Below are positions 38,601-51,400 of a DNA stretch of 64,000 nucleotides, piece by piece. This stretch comes from Lepidodermella squamata (Eukaryota > Animalia > Gastrotricha), in contig JBLDXI010000024.1 in NCBI GenBank assembly GCA_047495785.1, positions 4,464,001 through 4,528,000 of the forward strand. The letters run 5' to 3'. A program made the position numbers and the translations under genes. The number at the start of each line of letters is the position of its first letter. Positions within the stretch are counted from its first letter, which is position 1. The notes beneath the pieces were generated by a model. That model had not been told where the DNA came from and made no database searches. It was given only the letters and a program-made list of their open reading frames with translations.

Positions 38601-41600
38601 AGCGTACGATTTGAATGATACTTGACCTTATTGAGATGACAGAAATTAACTTATTTTATAGCTGACTGTGTTTCCATTGGTGGGTGTTTAAATGGTGGCA
38701 CATGCGCTGCTCCTAATAACTGCACGTGCCCCAGCGGCTGGAAAGGCGCCAACTGCTCAACTGGTGAGTTTGCGGAATTATTCCTGTAAGTATTCTCATC
38801 ATTGTTCATAGCGGTTTGCTTATCAATCGGGGGCTGTCTCCATGGCGGGAACTGTACGGCACCTAATATCTGCACTTGCCCAAGCTTGTGGCGGGGCACG
38901 AGGTGCGAGATATCGAATGCCAACTGCTCAGCTATTGTATCGTGCTACAACGGGGGTACTTGTGTTGGAATCAATGTTTGCGATTGTTTGCCCGGATGGA
39001 ACGGGACAAACTGCGCTCTTCGTAAGTGTTCTATTCCTTGTAATGCTAATTGATGACATTAAACCTTCATTTTAGCATCTTGTTCTTTGATTGGGGAGTG
39101 TAAAAATGGCGGAATTTGTGCACAGCCAAATGTTTGCACCTGCGTTGGAAGCTGGACTGGCAAAGATTGTTCCGAGAAAAAGAACGAAACTGTTGAAGCA
39201 CCAGCTGTGTCGATTTCTTTTATAAGTAGCATGCCACCTCAGACTTTGATTGCAGCTGCTACCCCAATCAGCGCCGTTGCTGTTGAGGCCTCAATTCGCA
39301 TCAGCGCCACCGAGAATACAACTGCGCTAGCTATGTCATCAGCTGCTTTCATAGCAGACATGGGCCCTGTCATGGCTAGATATGCTGAACTGGCGAGTCA
39401 AATGGCCCCGGAGGTTGTAGCAAATATCACTGTTGCTTACGCTACGGCGGCTAGTTCAGTCATGTTTGCTGTATCTGAAGCAGCCGCTAGCAACGAGGAA
39501 ACGACGTCGAGCCCGCTATCTCTTAGTCTCAACGATAAAAGCATCAAATGTACCACAGATCCGACGACGACGACCCCAAGCCCTAAAGCTGCTCTGTCAA
39601 CTGAAGACGTGAGTTTTGTTAGAATTTGCTATCAAAATTGCTGAATTTTCATGATTTTCCAGTCATCAAAGTTGTATGGGAATTTCAATCAAATGATTGA
39701 CGTTATGCTGAAGATGGTTCAGGCGAATCTTAACACGGGCAAAAACTTCACATTCAATGGCAAATTTTTCTCTGTGGTCTTGAGTGTCATCGACGCTAAG
39801 AAGCTACCGAATTTGAGGCTAGAAACCATTCACGCGGCTGTGGTGTTTCCAAATACGACATCAGCAGCTGATTTCATTGATTCCAAGGCCTCAGGAGTAA
39901 CGATTAAAGAAACTGACACAATCACCGTTGTTCTAACCGCCTACATCGTTAACGTCCTCGACCCTAAACAGCCGTTCAACATGCCAACTATTTCTATCAA
40001 GGTTCTCTATCAGAAAAAAGAGTTAATTCTCAAGAAAGGCTATCCGACCAAAATTACTGGAAAGCCAGTTGTCTCTAGAGCTGCAATGCTAATATTGCAA
40101 AAGTCGGATGCCCAGTGCGATGTGAGCAAGATTACATGCGATGTCAGCACGAACGCGGATACTCTGGGATCATTGGCCCTATTCCCTGTTTCCTCGGATT
40201 CAGGCGACTTTGTGCTAATATTCCCGGTCATTAAATACAACTACACGGCTTATCTATCCTTGAATAGCACGCCAACTGTCAAGAGCTATACCTGGTTTGT
40301 TAATGTTACTCAAACCAGTGTGAACACGAGTGTTAATGCCAGCCTGGGGGAGCTCAAAGCGAGCTACAATAAAGATGTCGAATTAAGAATATTGATCCCT
40401 CAATCAGCATTGCAGGATTTCGTGGAAATGCGTGGATTGCCATCGAGTGAAAATGTCTCTTTCAAGATGCAAGTTTATACAAAGAAAGACTTCTCAAGCG
40501 TTTCGTCGATGGATGACTTGCCAGCCGATGCTTGCGACATGCAGAGATGCTACGGTTACCATCTCAAGGTAGGATTCGCCAAGGCAAGAAACACGAATTC
40601 GAGGAAAAAGCGCGATGCATCACAAACGAGCTCTGATGATGATTTCGAGCTTGATCCCAGTTCGACTGAATCCGCAGTTACTTTCAAATCGTCATATTTC
40701 GGCGATTTTGGAGCAGATCTCGTGATCTCACCCAACACCATCGAATTCTCGGACATCTTCGCCAATTTTGCCACCCTTGTATCAGACAACGCATTCGTAC
40801 TCGCGTTCCAAGTAGCCGCTGTAGTGTTCTTCATCGTCGGAGTGATTGTCGTTTGGCGATTTGACAAGCTGGACATCAAAGAGTGGGCATTCATGCCCTT
40901 GAAGAGCAACAAGCCGTACGAGGCACATAGATACCTCGTTTCCGTCGATCACTTCGGTGTTAAAAACTATCATCTGAAGCCTGTGGTCCTACTTCGAGCT
41001 TACGGTGATATCAGCGATACGAACTGGCGAGTCCTTGAAGATTGCGAGCGAGAATCAAATTTCAACGGAAGGAGACCAGCCAATTTCATGATGACTACCA
41101 CTTTGCCGATTGGCCATATTGAGGCAATTGAAATTCGACTTCACAGCCGATTCAGAGCGCCTCATGGCAGCAAGCCGCTGCAGATGCAGATAGACAAAGT
41201 TGTCATGGTCGATATCGAAAAGGGACAGAAATTTGTATTCTTGACCAAGGCTCTCATGAAAAGCGGAGAGATTAAGTTCAAAGAGCTTGCGACTGAGGAC
41301 GAGATCAAAGGCTTCAAATACTTGGTCAGCGCTCATTCTCGAGTTGGCTTGTTCAGCTCTCACCCATGGTTGTCCATCACGAGGCGTCCTCTTCCAAGTA
41401 ACTGGACCAGATGCGAACGGCTGGCTTGCGTTGTCAGTGCCCTCTTCATGGCCATGCTGGTGAACGCAATGTTCTACGGAAAAGAGAGTAAATCACCACG
41501 AGTTGGCGTCAATATCGGAGGATTCTTCCGCCTGTCCTGGTTCACGGTCTACACAAGTTTCATCGGATGTGTCATCGTCATCCCTCCAACTGCGATAATG

Positions 41601-44468
41601 GCCTTGATTTTCAAGCGTATTCGACGTCGATCAGCTGAGAATAGCCAATACACAACAATTTTCAACGTGGCCTTGGGATATCAGCGTCGAGAGGCTGACA
41701 GCAAAGAAAAGAAGCCATTCCAGCTTCCTTACTATTGTGCCATCATCGCATGGATTTGTAAGTCTATCACCATCTATCTCTCTGTTGTTGAATTTATTTA
41801 CTTCTAGTGGTCGCTGGTTGTGTTGGAGCTTCGTCCTTCTTTATCGTCATGTACAGTCTGATGTGGGGCAAAGAGAAATCGCTGCAGTGGCTCAGTGGAA
41901 TGGTCATGAGTGTCGTTCAAGATATAATCCTTATCCAAACCGTCAAGGTAGCATTGCTTTCCGTATGCAGTTCAACTTTGCTGTCTCTGCCGGATGATGG
42001 TCTTGATATTGGCAAGATGGCATTCTCTAAAAATAGCTCGAACAAGAAATCAGAGCTCTTCAAGCGAATGCGAAACATCATCGGCGGAATATTCCACCAC
42101 ATCATATACGTTGTTGCATTTGCTATTGTGATATCTGCAACACAGAACAGACTGGCTTATCAGCAAATTGGCGATTTGAAGCCATTAGTGGAGATGCCTA
42201 CTGTACCTCAGATGGGTGTGATCAATGACTACAGCCAAATTTATTCGTGGCTGAATAACAACCTTCTGCCGCAGTTTTTCACTGCCAACCAGTTGAGCAA
42301 GGGCTTGAAATTCAATTCGAAAAATATCTATCAAGTGTTAAACCATGATGTGGTAGTTCTCGGGCCTGTTCGCTTGAGACAACAACGCGTCCGATCAGGT
42401 GAGCTAGCTCCATTTGAAATGGACTAAATCAACATTACATTATTTTAGCCCCCTGTTTGTTGGAGACTTCCCCGATTCCTCAGTTTTTCAAGAGATTCAC
42501 AGATCAACTCGTGTTGAATACTACAAAATGTCAGAATCAATACGTCGGTCAGCTTGGAATTGGCGAGGATACCGAGACGAGACAGTTTTCGAATTTCAAT
42601 TGGACTTATCGCGCTAATGCAACCACCTGGGTGCCAGAGAACGTAACGACAGAGCAGGCTCCATGGATCCACAGAGAGGACAGTGGAATTCCTTACTCAG
42701 GCTGGCAAGCCACCTATACTAGCGGTGGATATTACGTAGATCTACCTGTAAATCTTGCGAAAGCTCAAGCTTTCGTTGCTGCGCTTCAGTCAAGGAGATG
42801 GCTTGACAACGCCACTACAGTCCTGTTTGTAGACATGGTCTTGTTCAATGCTCAGGTCAATTTGTTCATCGCTGTCAAAGTTGTGTTCGAAGCCTTGAGT
42901 GCTGGTGGTATGGCCTATCACGCAAGAATGTATCCTCTTCAGCTCTATCAATACATCGGGGCTAGTTCGATATTTGTTTTCGCGATTCAAGGAATTTGGA
43001 TTTTGCTTGTTATCTCGCATCTGGTCAAGGTTTTCATCAAAATGAAGAAAGAAGGATTCACAAAGTTCCGAAAAGATGGGTGGAACTTGTTAGAGCTGTG
43101 TCAGATATTGATAGCATTGGCCATTGTTGGATTGTTTATTGCTCGAATTCTCGTTGTGATGAAAGCTGTTACTCGGCTTCAGACCGACAAGACTTCATTT
43201 GTAAATTTTGATCTTCTAGTCAACTGGGAAGCTCTGATGGCCAATCTTTACGGAATCACATTTTTCATGACGATGCTGCTGTTTTTCCGCCATCTCACCT
43301 TTAACAAGTACTGGTGTATCTTCTTGGGAACGCTTTCCAAGGGCAAGGGCGATCTTTCATCGTTTCTCTTTGCTTTCGTCTTGATCACTGTTCTTTTTGC
43401 TGAACTTGGTTATTTGAGCCTAAACACGACGTGTGACGAGTTTCAATCATTCACTGCTTCGATCATGACCCTGGTTCAGAATATCATCGGAGTAACTGGG
43501 TCACTGATGTCTTTGAGCTTCACCTCGCGTTACATCATGCTTTTCTGCATGGCCTACTCGACAATCGTCATGTTTTTGGCTGTTCAGGTCTTCATGACCA
43601 TTATATCAGTGACTTACAGCCAAGTTGCTGATAATGTTGAAGAAAACACCAACTGGGACCATGAACTGTCGGGTTACATGGCGGATGAGCTGACATTAAC
43701 TGTTTCTAAAGCTCTTGAGAAGAAGGAAAGTGCTGCTCCAGTTTTCAAACCTGTTGGAGATCGAAATCTAGCAAAATGTAAGCCCTTATTAAGTTTATTA
43801 ATCTATCACTTCTGTTTACTCTAGTGGAATTTTCAATTCATCGTTTCTCACGACTTATCGAGTCGCGAATTGAGGACGATGTTTACGAACGAGTTGCCAA
43901 GCGCGAGCGTTGCCTGATGCATTGGATGGACATGAAGTTGCATGCGTTACGGCTAAAAAGACAGATGAACCCTGTTCAAGTCCCCGCAACATCGAGCAGC
44001 ACAACGAAGGTCAAAGATCCGAAGCTGTTCCTACACGGGGACAAACTTATCTCGCAACGAGGTCATTTCGTTAAGAATGTCGAACAACCCCGACAACCTG
44101 CACCAGTAAATCTTTCGATTCCTCAGGATTGGCCCTGCCAAATTCAGCCTGGCTTCAATGCTAATGCACCAATGCTGCCAAAGCAGATAGTCTTGCCTCA
44201 ACTCGCCAAACCTGCAATGCCTGATATCATGTTTAAGGACAAGACTGCGAAGAAGGAAACTCCTGTCGAGAAACAACCAGCCCCCAATCCATTGCAAAAA
44301 GGACCGGTTGTAAAGCCTCACGTCAACCCGGGTCAGAAATCGCTGTGGGGTATGATTTTCCCGAATAAGAAGCAGCCAGGTAGCCTGCCAGTCGGGACCG
44401 TTCGTGGAATGTATGATTCGAAGAAATATGGCGGCAGCAGTCAGTTGAATCCCTATCCAACACACTGA
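29681..44468 (+). CDS. PKD1-like paralog C (multi-exon): same architecture as B, with ~13 membrane-proximal EGF repeats
   Basis: 49-nt signal-peptide exon [16 protein letters not shown] (29681-29729). ORFs 33139, 34935, 39651, 41807, 42457 and 43824 are collinear with those of B. Confidence 0.9.
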
Positions 44469-45564
44469 CTTGGTAAACATTGTTATAAACACTTTAAGCT
44501 ATTTTGAACGACAATGAATGAATGACGTGTAAATGTATGATGCTGACGATATTGATGAATAAAGGTGTGCTCGGTAGTTTTGTTTTGCCCGATCCTTGAA
44601 GAGATGCAAAGCTGATTCCTTATTGCTGGTGTCGGAAAAAACGTAGCTAGGCTATTTGAAAATGTCTTGACAATTCTGAAACGCAAAAAAACTTAAAGGC
44701 GACCAAAAGCTATAACGTTGAAGGAGACAACCCCAATTGAAGTATTCAATTCTTTCAATTTTTTCAGCAAGGTTCTTTCAATCTTCAGCAAGGTAACCAT
44801 AACAAATGGGAGAGGAATAATTCATTGCTTCCTGATATATACGGCTAGTAATGAAAAGCTAGAAGAAGAATAGCGAAAACACATGTGACTTAGATACGTA
44901 GGTCACATGCTCAAAGTGGCAAAGCGAATCGATTGTTTGAACAAACAAATTGATTATCACCCATGTACCAAAGAATTGCTTCAAGCAGTTACAACATATG
45001 TGCATGAAGTATAGCAGTTGTCTTCAAGATATGGGATGGAAACAATGATTGTGCTACTTCGAGATTCGAGATCAGCGGGCATGGAAGTCACGCCGAAATG
45101 AAAACAGCGTGCCAACAGAGGCTCCCGCCGTGCGGGATTTTTCAATCAAAATCGATCGAGCAAAGCGGATTACCTATTACCTTCTAACTTGTACATTATA
45201 TCAAAAACAGCTGCTTGACGTGATGATTCCTTGAGAAGCATTCTCACCTGAATTTCTTAAAAACCCGAAACCACATTTTGAAGGGGAAATGATACCCTTT
45301 GTTGTTATAATTTTGAAGCGTACAGTTTGATGTGTAACCCCAGCGATTATAATATTTTTGGGAAGAATTCAGGTCAATGCAGATGGATCGATATTGGGCT
45401 GCGCAGTTCGGAGGGCGTAATTGTCAACCCTAGACGCACTGTATGAGTGGCCCTGAAGCTTCATCTCATTAGGTTTGAATAGCACGTCGGGAAATAGCAA
45501 ATCGGGAAATAGCACGAGTGGTATGGGAATTCGCCCCCAGCGAAAAGGGAATTTCGTCCTGTCC

Positions 45565-45617
45565 GAACGTCACCTCCGACATGTTTCGGCTTTATTAGGC
45601 CATCTTCAGGGTCTAAC
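45565..45617 (-). ncRNA. Minimal type I hammerhead ribozyme (Penelope pLTR type), minus-strand copy
   Basis: Exact 53-nt reverse complement of 45724-45776. Confidence 0.7.
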
Positions 45618-45723
45618 AACAAATTTGTATTCTCAACATTCTGTTCCAATGCAAGCTTTAAGGCAAGTTTTACCTGCTTTCGTCACTAATCATGAACAAC
45701 AGGAGTAAAAAGTGCTATCAGTC

Positions 45724-45776
45724 GTTAGACCCTGAAGATGGCCTAATAAAGCCGAAACATGTCGGAGGTGACGTTC
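45724..45776 (+). ncRNA. Minimal type I hammerhead ribozyme (Penelope pLTR type), plus-strand copy
   Basis: Core CUGAAGA, U, stem II GGC(CUAAUAAA)GCC, GAAA, stem III containing palindromic ACAUGU, GUC cleavage triplet (45761-45763). Stem I is CC/GG plus CGUUA/UGACG with an internal loop. Confidence 0.75.
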
Positions 45777-46159
45777 TAGCGTATAAAAGAAGTTACAATC
45801 TAAATTTGTTGTTATAGTTATTTTTGTTTGAAAAAATCATTTTACATTCAACATTGCTAGAAATTCAATGCCATTCACTCACTATCTTTTGTAGATCAAG
45901 GTTTTGCTGATATCTAATATCCCAGAATAGCGATTACATCTTCCATCTACCCTTTAAGAAAAGAAAAGAATTGAAAAGAAAAGTAATTTTCTAATCCTAT
46001 ATCCTATCCTGAAAATATGCAAGTTTGATTGCATTTTTGTCTTCAAAATCTTCGTCGTGTTTGAATTTACTCCAGTTTTCAATTATATTTATTTTGCATT
46101 TTTATAAAGATCCATCTAAGATAAGAAGCCCATTCGCGTCAATAATTCGTGAACGGGCT

Positions 46160-47010
46160 TTTAAATCGGGCAAAAACTGTAGAGCGGCTTATGCTTGGAC
46201 AATTGTTGGATGAATGGACGAATTGTGGTTGCTAGGGAATAGACTTGGCTTTGTTTCCTATTTTACAAGAAAATTCCACCTCGACGCAAGTTTTCTTGCT
46301 TCGTGTCGAACACGTAGATGACATGAGGATTGATTGACGGCATCGCATATTCGATTCTAGGATCCAAACAATGAAAGCCAACAAAGCCAACGCTTCAATT
46401 TTTAACGCCGTTCACGACAACCCCGGGTCAAAACTGACGAGTTGAGCGATTACTGAATTATGCAAGAGATTATGTTCATACTCTCTAACAGAAACGGTAA
46501 GAACAGCCTTGGAGATGGCATTTTCCTGCAACTACATCTCTATAGGCGTTCATTGTTCCTGCTGTTAATAATGAATGGGGCACATAGGGCTTCTATTAAA
46601 AAATAAAAAATTCCATTATTATTTTCGTCTCTACGTCAACTTTAATAATGAATCGAAGGCATATTGCCGTTTTAAGTAAATAAAAAAGATGTATTCCTTT
46701 CATCCACCTAATCGATCACGGATCAGCGAATAGGTATACTTCAACAATAGTTGGTTGACTCGAGCCATCATACTATTTGATGGCTCGTTGAGACAAAGTG
46801 GAGCAAGTCGCTCCTTCGAGAGGTGGTATTCGTAAAAGTCGGCGGCTGAAGATCAGAAGCAAGAAACCCAAGCACTGCAGATAAGGCACTTATCAAAGCC
46901 GCCCGGCGGTGGCCTCTCGATCAGTGGAAAATCTATCGTCTGGACTGACAGGGTTATTTCAACCAACGGGAAGCTTCTTCTTAAGCACTGAGTATTCATA
47001 CAAAGTCCAT
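46160..47010 (-). repeat. Decayed coding-like sequence, homologous to 63110-63955
   Basis: Shared blocks include agaaaattcca..gacgcaagttt, gacgagttgagc..tgaattatgcaagagat, gttaataatgaatgggg, atcgatca..gatc.gcgaataggta and aagcttcttct. Confidence 0.65.
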
Positions 47011-47526
47011 TTCGGAGCTCTTCTAATCTATGGTAACCCGGCGTGGTGCATCTCGTCGCAGAAGCCTTAAATTCCAGAAGCACGAGAATCGACTAGGTCG
47101 AGTGTTATTGTTCGAATGCGGCATATGGCAGAGATTTCCAGCGCTTGCGCTTACGCCTTCCACTTGGCTTGAGCGTGCTATGGAAAACCTTGTAGATGAA
47201 GAGAAGCCTAGATTCTGTGTATATCTGCCAGGAAAACCATTGGTCGCTTTGAAGCGCCATACGGCGCTAAAACAAAATAACTATTTCCATTTTGTATTTC
47301 AGCCTGACTACCCTGGCACGCCAGCGCATGGTATGAAATAAGCAATGACTGCTAATTTGGACTCGTTCTAAGAAGATGGCTTCGCTGCAACAGGATTGTT
47401 TAATCACATCCAAGGAAATGCCTCGAGCTGGGATTTCAGTAACTTTTTCGGCCGAATGGTTCCCCTGTAGTTTTTCGGGGTTTCTAGCTTAAATGTTTAA
47501 AGCTGCCGTGAGAGCTGTGACTAGAG

Positions 47527-47573
47527 ATGGCCGTCGATGATATTGTTTTTGGCAATAACTTCCGACAGTATGG
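47527..47573 (+). other. Orphan duplicate of the paralog-D signal-peptide exon
   Basis: atggccgtcgatgatattgtttttggcaataacttccgaca|gtatg versus D exon 1 atggccttctgtgatattgcttttggcaataagctccgaca|gtatg. Confidence 0.7.
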
Positions 47574-48031
47574 CCCTATCTTAAGTCATTCTTAAGTCGC
47601 GATTAAGCGCCGTACGGCGCAGAAATTAAATAGCCATTTGCTTTTTGTATTTCAGCCTGACTGTCCAGGCTCGTTTTAAAATGCTCTACGCATGCGCAGC
47701 TGCTTATTTCATTATCCTCCTCATGGCAAGAAGTGAGCGAAACCTACTTATTTGGACTTGCCACTTACCCCAAGATGAAGGCTTTGCTCAAACAGGAATA
47801 TTATCTCAAATTCGGTGTGCCAAGTAGAATCCTCGAGCTAGGGGTTAAATTGGAACTATTTTGGCACCGAACTTTTAGTACAAAGGTCTTTCCCGGTTTT
47901 CCTGCCTGGACCTCCAGATGTGCCCCAAAACAGCCCGAAAACAACTGGGTGAAGTTGTATGTGCTGGCCATTGTCCCCTTCTTAGATACACCAATTTCAC
48001 CCCTTTGTTTACCCCACCGTTGTTTCCCTTA

Positions 48032-48252
48032 CAACTGAATGGCAGGGATCGATTAAATGGATCTAATATTTCTCATTGTAAGTCTGCTATCGAATGTGAT
48101 CAGTGTTTCAGTGTACGAAGCAGATTGAGGAAATGCTAATCCCTCTATACCATTCCCTCAATCCCCCTTGGGCTTCGTACACTGATCATTCGATAGCAGA
48201 TTTACAATGAGAATTATTAGATCCATTTAATCGATTCCTGCCATTCATAGTG
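48032..48252. mobile_element. ~220-bp MITE with ~85-bp TIRs and TA TSD, just upstream of paralog D
   Basis: ta|caactgaatggcagggatcgattaaatggatctaat...cagtgtacgaagc is inverted relative to gcttcgtacactg...attagatccatttaatcgattcctgccattcatagtg|ta. Confidence 0.75.
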
Positions 48253-48458
48253 TAACCATCAGATTGGGCTTCGCAACGCCCAACAGTTCAACACCTCTCT
48301 CTAAGCAGGAACAATAACTGGACGAGATAATCACCGTCCATCGTTCTAAGCTCGATCGGAGGACTACAAAAATTCAAGTTATGGCATCTGAACCATGACT
48401 AAATTGAACAGTTTCTTTCTGTTTCTTTCTAGTTTTTACTTTATGAATACGTCTCCGA

Positions 48459-51400
48459 ATGGATTTATGGCCTTCTGTGATATTGCTTTTGGCAATAAGC
48501 TCCGACAGTATGACGCAATCTTTTCTTATTCACCCTGAATAACAATTTTTCCTAACAGTTGTTGACTGTCAATGCGACAAAACATGCAGCAACGGGGGCT
48601 ATTGCAAAAACAACCAGTGTTATTGCCCTGCTCCGTGGGGTGGAGAAAAGTGTGACGATTCAGGTAAAATGCCTCGCAGGCAGTAAAGTAAAAGCTGACA
48701 TCAATCATTTTATAGGGATGGCCTACTGTTCATCTGCAGCTAGCGGGTCGCTTCCGCTATGCCAGAACGGAGGCACTTGTAATGGCAGTTGTATTTGCCC
48801 ACCAGGATACAGTGGGCGATTCTGTGAAATAGGTTTTAGTTTCAATTTCAATCTAAACTCGTCTTGCATTCCGTCATTTTACTAGTCCCATGCTCCCCAA
48901 CCTGTCAAGAAATTTGCACCTCGCCGTGTAAAAATGGAGGGAGTTGTGTGGCACAGGGTAAATGTTCCTGTCCCGCTGGCTGGACCGGGCCCACTTGCGA
49001 GACCTTCACATGCCCAGCAGGCTGTGCGAATGGAGGCACGTGCGTCGGACCTGAAACTTGCGCGTGCGTCGGACCCGAAACTTGCGCAGGATGCACTGCT
49101 GAATGGACAGGCACTGACTGTAGGACAGGTAAAATTGAAGTTCGAATTGCAATAAAAATGACCTTTGCTGAATGTTTCAGCACTCTGCACGGAAACGTGC
49201 ATGAACGGAGGAACATGTACCGCCCCGGATGTTTGCACTTGTGGTCCGAAATGGACGGGTTCAACTTGCAGCACGCCTACAACCGACAGTATGATTTCGA
49301 CTTTGTCCATTCGAGATAGGTAATACTGCCATTCTTTTTCAAGTTTGCACCGTTAGTAGCCAATGCGCTAATGGCGGCACGTGTACCAACGGTTTATGCT
49401 ACTGCGCCGCTCCTTATTCAGGATCAAATTGTACAACGACCGGTAACAAATTAGGCGCAGTAACAGTTCAGAATTACATTTTAATTTTCCTAAGGGACTA
49501 ATGTCTGCTCATCGAATGGCGTTGACTATCCTTGGTGTATGAATGGTGGAACATGTGCTGCTGTCGGCGGGGTCATGAAATGTAATTGCCCTCATGGTCT
49601 GGGTGGTCAATATTGTGAAATTGGTAGGAAAATTGCCCGTTTTTTTATCATGATGTAATTCAATAATCTTTCAGTGGTCAACCGTAAGTTTTGTTCAATG
49701 CTCCCAAGTAATTACTCAATGAAGGAATATGCGATGCAGAATGTGACAGCGATGACGTCACTCTCAAGTACAGCAGTTGGGGAGGTAGCATTTCGGCTTC
49801 CTCAGGCATCGCTGCCAATGCTCTAACGGCAGGCGGGTGGGTTCCAGCGACCACTGATCGAAGAGTTGTTTGGCTGCTAACCTTGCCGTTTGAATTCACG
49901 ATTTCGACCATCGAAGTCGGATCAGGCTCGAATGCTGCGGGCTACGTGACAGGCTATGCAATCTCCTTCGCCGTGAAACAAAAATATTTAGGGAGTTTTT
50001 ATTATCCTGTTCTGGTAAATCAATTGGCTTCGGATTCCGCCGTGAAGGTATGTCTGTTTGTAAGGAGGGGAATGAAGAACACGAGACCGTTCTAGGTTTT
50101 TCCTGGGTTCAATGGAACTGCTGCAGGAGTTTCGGAGCTCTGTCCTAATATAAGAACTTCCGGCTTGCGTCTTTGGCCTAAAACCTTCTCGGCATCGCCA
50201 TATGCAATGACAATAAAGATTTACGGCTGTCAGGCGCATTCCGGCTGTGTTCCTTCTGGGGCCGGTTCCTGCAAAACAACTTGCACTTGTCCCCTTGGCT
50301 ATGTGAACAGTTACACTGCAGGCTTCTGCGGTAAGGATATAGATATAGCTGATTTAAAGCGCCATACTCACGGCCCATTTCGATTTTTTCCGGTCCCGAT
50401 GCGCCAGTTGCGCAATTAGAGTTTTGTTTTTGCGCGAAACCGCATGTTACATTGAAAAAATCCGCGCTGCGTGCGTTGATGTCAAAGGTCTAACTTCTAA
50501 TATCGTGGTATCTTGAGTCTCAATTCCGAGACCAATTTGCAAGGCTCTATTTCTGATTATTATTTCATTTTTGGCTTACTCCAAATACAGAAACATTCGA
50601 GTTTGTGAACGTTTGAAAATGCAATAGTAATAAGAAATAAGGGGAAAAACGGCGTTAAGACGCTCTTTACAAAAAATTGTTACCCCTGTTTTTACGTGTT
50701 AGCTTAGATTTAAAAAAAGAAAAATGTTATAAATTAATTAATTTATTTATTTGAGAAGCCATATCACCCGGAAGAGGGCAGCTAAGCTTTCCCTTGATAG
50801 TTCTCAACACTTTTTAGCTTGAACCCTTGATTTTTCTGGCTGAGACAACGAACTCTGGATTCCAGATCGGGGAATATCGAATTTCTCCTTGACTAGCCAT
50901 AGAGTATTCCTATACATGCGCGTGGTAGAATTTAGCCATTGAAAGGAATACATACAATGTGATACTTCAGCAACCCCTTCCCCCTCCCGAGCTCAGCCGG
51001 GCCAGAGAACATGTAATGTAGAAAAAAGGGATACTAGCCATGGAGAAATGCGCGAAGTAGGATCCTCGAATTAAGGGGTATTTGTTTCATGCCCTAATTT
51101 TATGACCAAAGGGATTTTTGTAAAGTAGAATCCTTTAAAAAATCCTGCTGGGATTTTTCTACTTTGGCGTGTACAAAACCCCTCATTCCCCCGTACTTCG
51201 CGCCCTGATTCTCCCCGATCTGGAACCCTAAGTTAGTTTGGCTCAGCCAGCAGAATCAAGGGGTTCTGGGAAGAAAGCTTTAAGAGCTATCAAGAGGAAG
51301 CTAAACTGCCCTCTTCTTGGCGAAGAACGCCAGTCCATAGATCAGGTATTCGGTAAACTTCCTGAATTGTTCGATACAATGAGATTCGAGAGAGAAAGCT

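Noticed and set aside
36400-39200. Regularly spaced repeats resembling a CRISPR-like array
   Set aside because: They are EGF-coding exons separated by GT-AG introns in eukaryotic DNA.
46700-46740. TGA shared in frame by both copies of the decayed repeat (possible selenocysteine)
   Set aside because: The surrounding frames have many other stops and frameshifts, and no SECIS was recognised.
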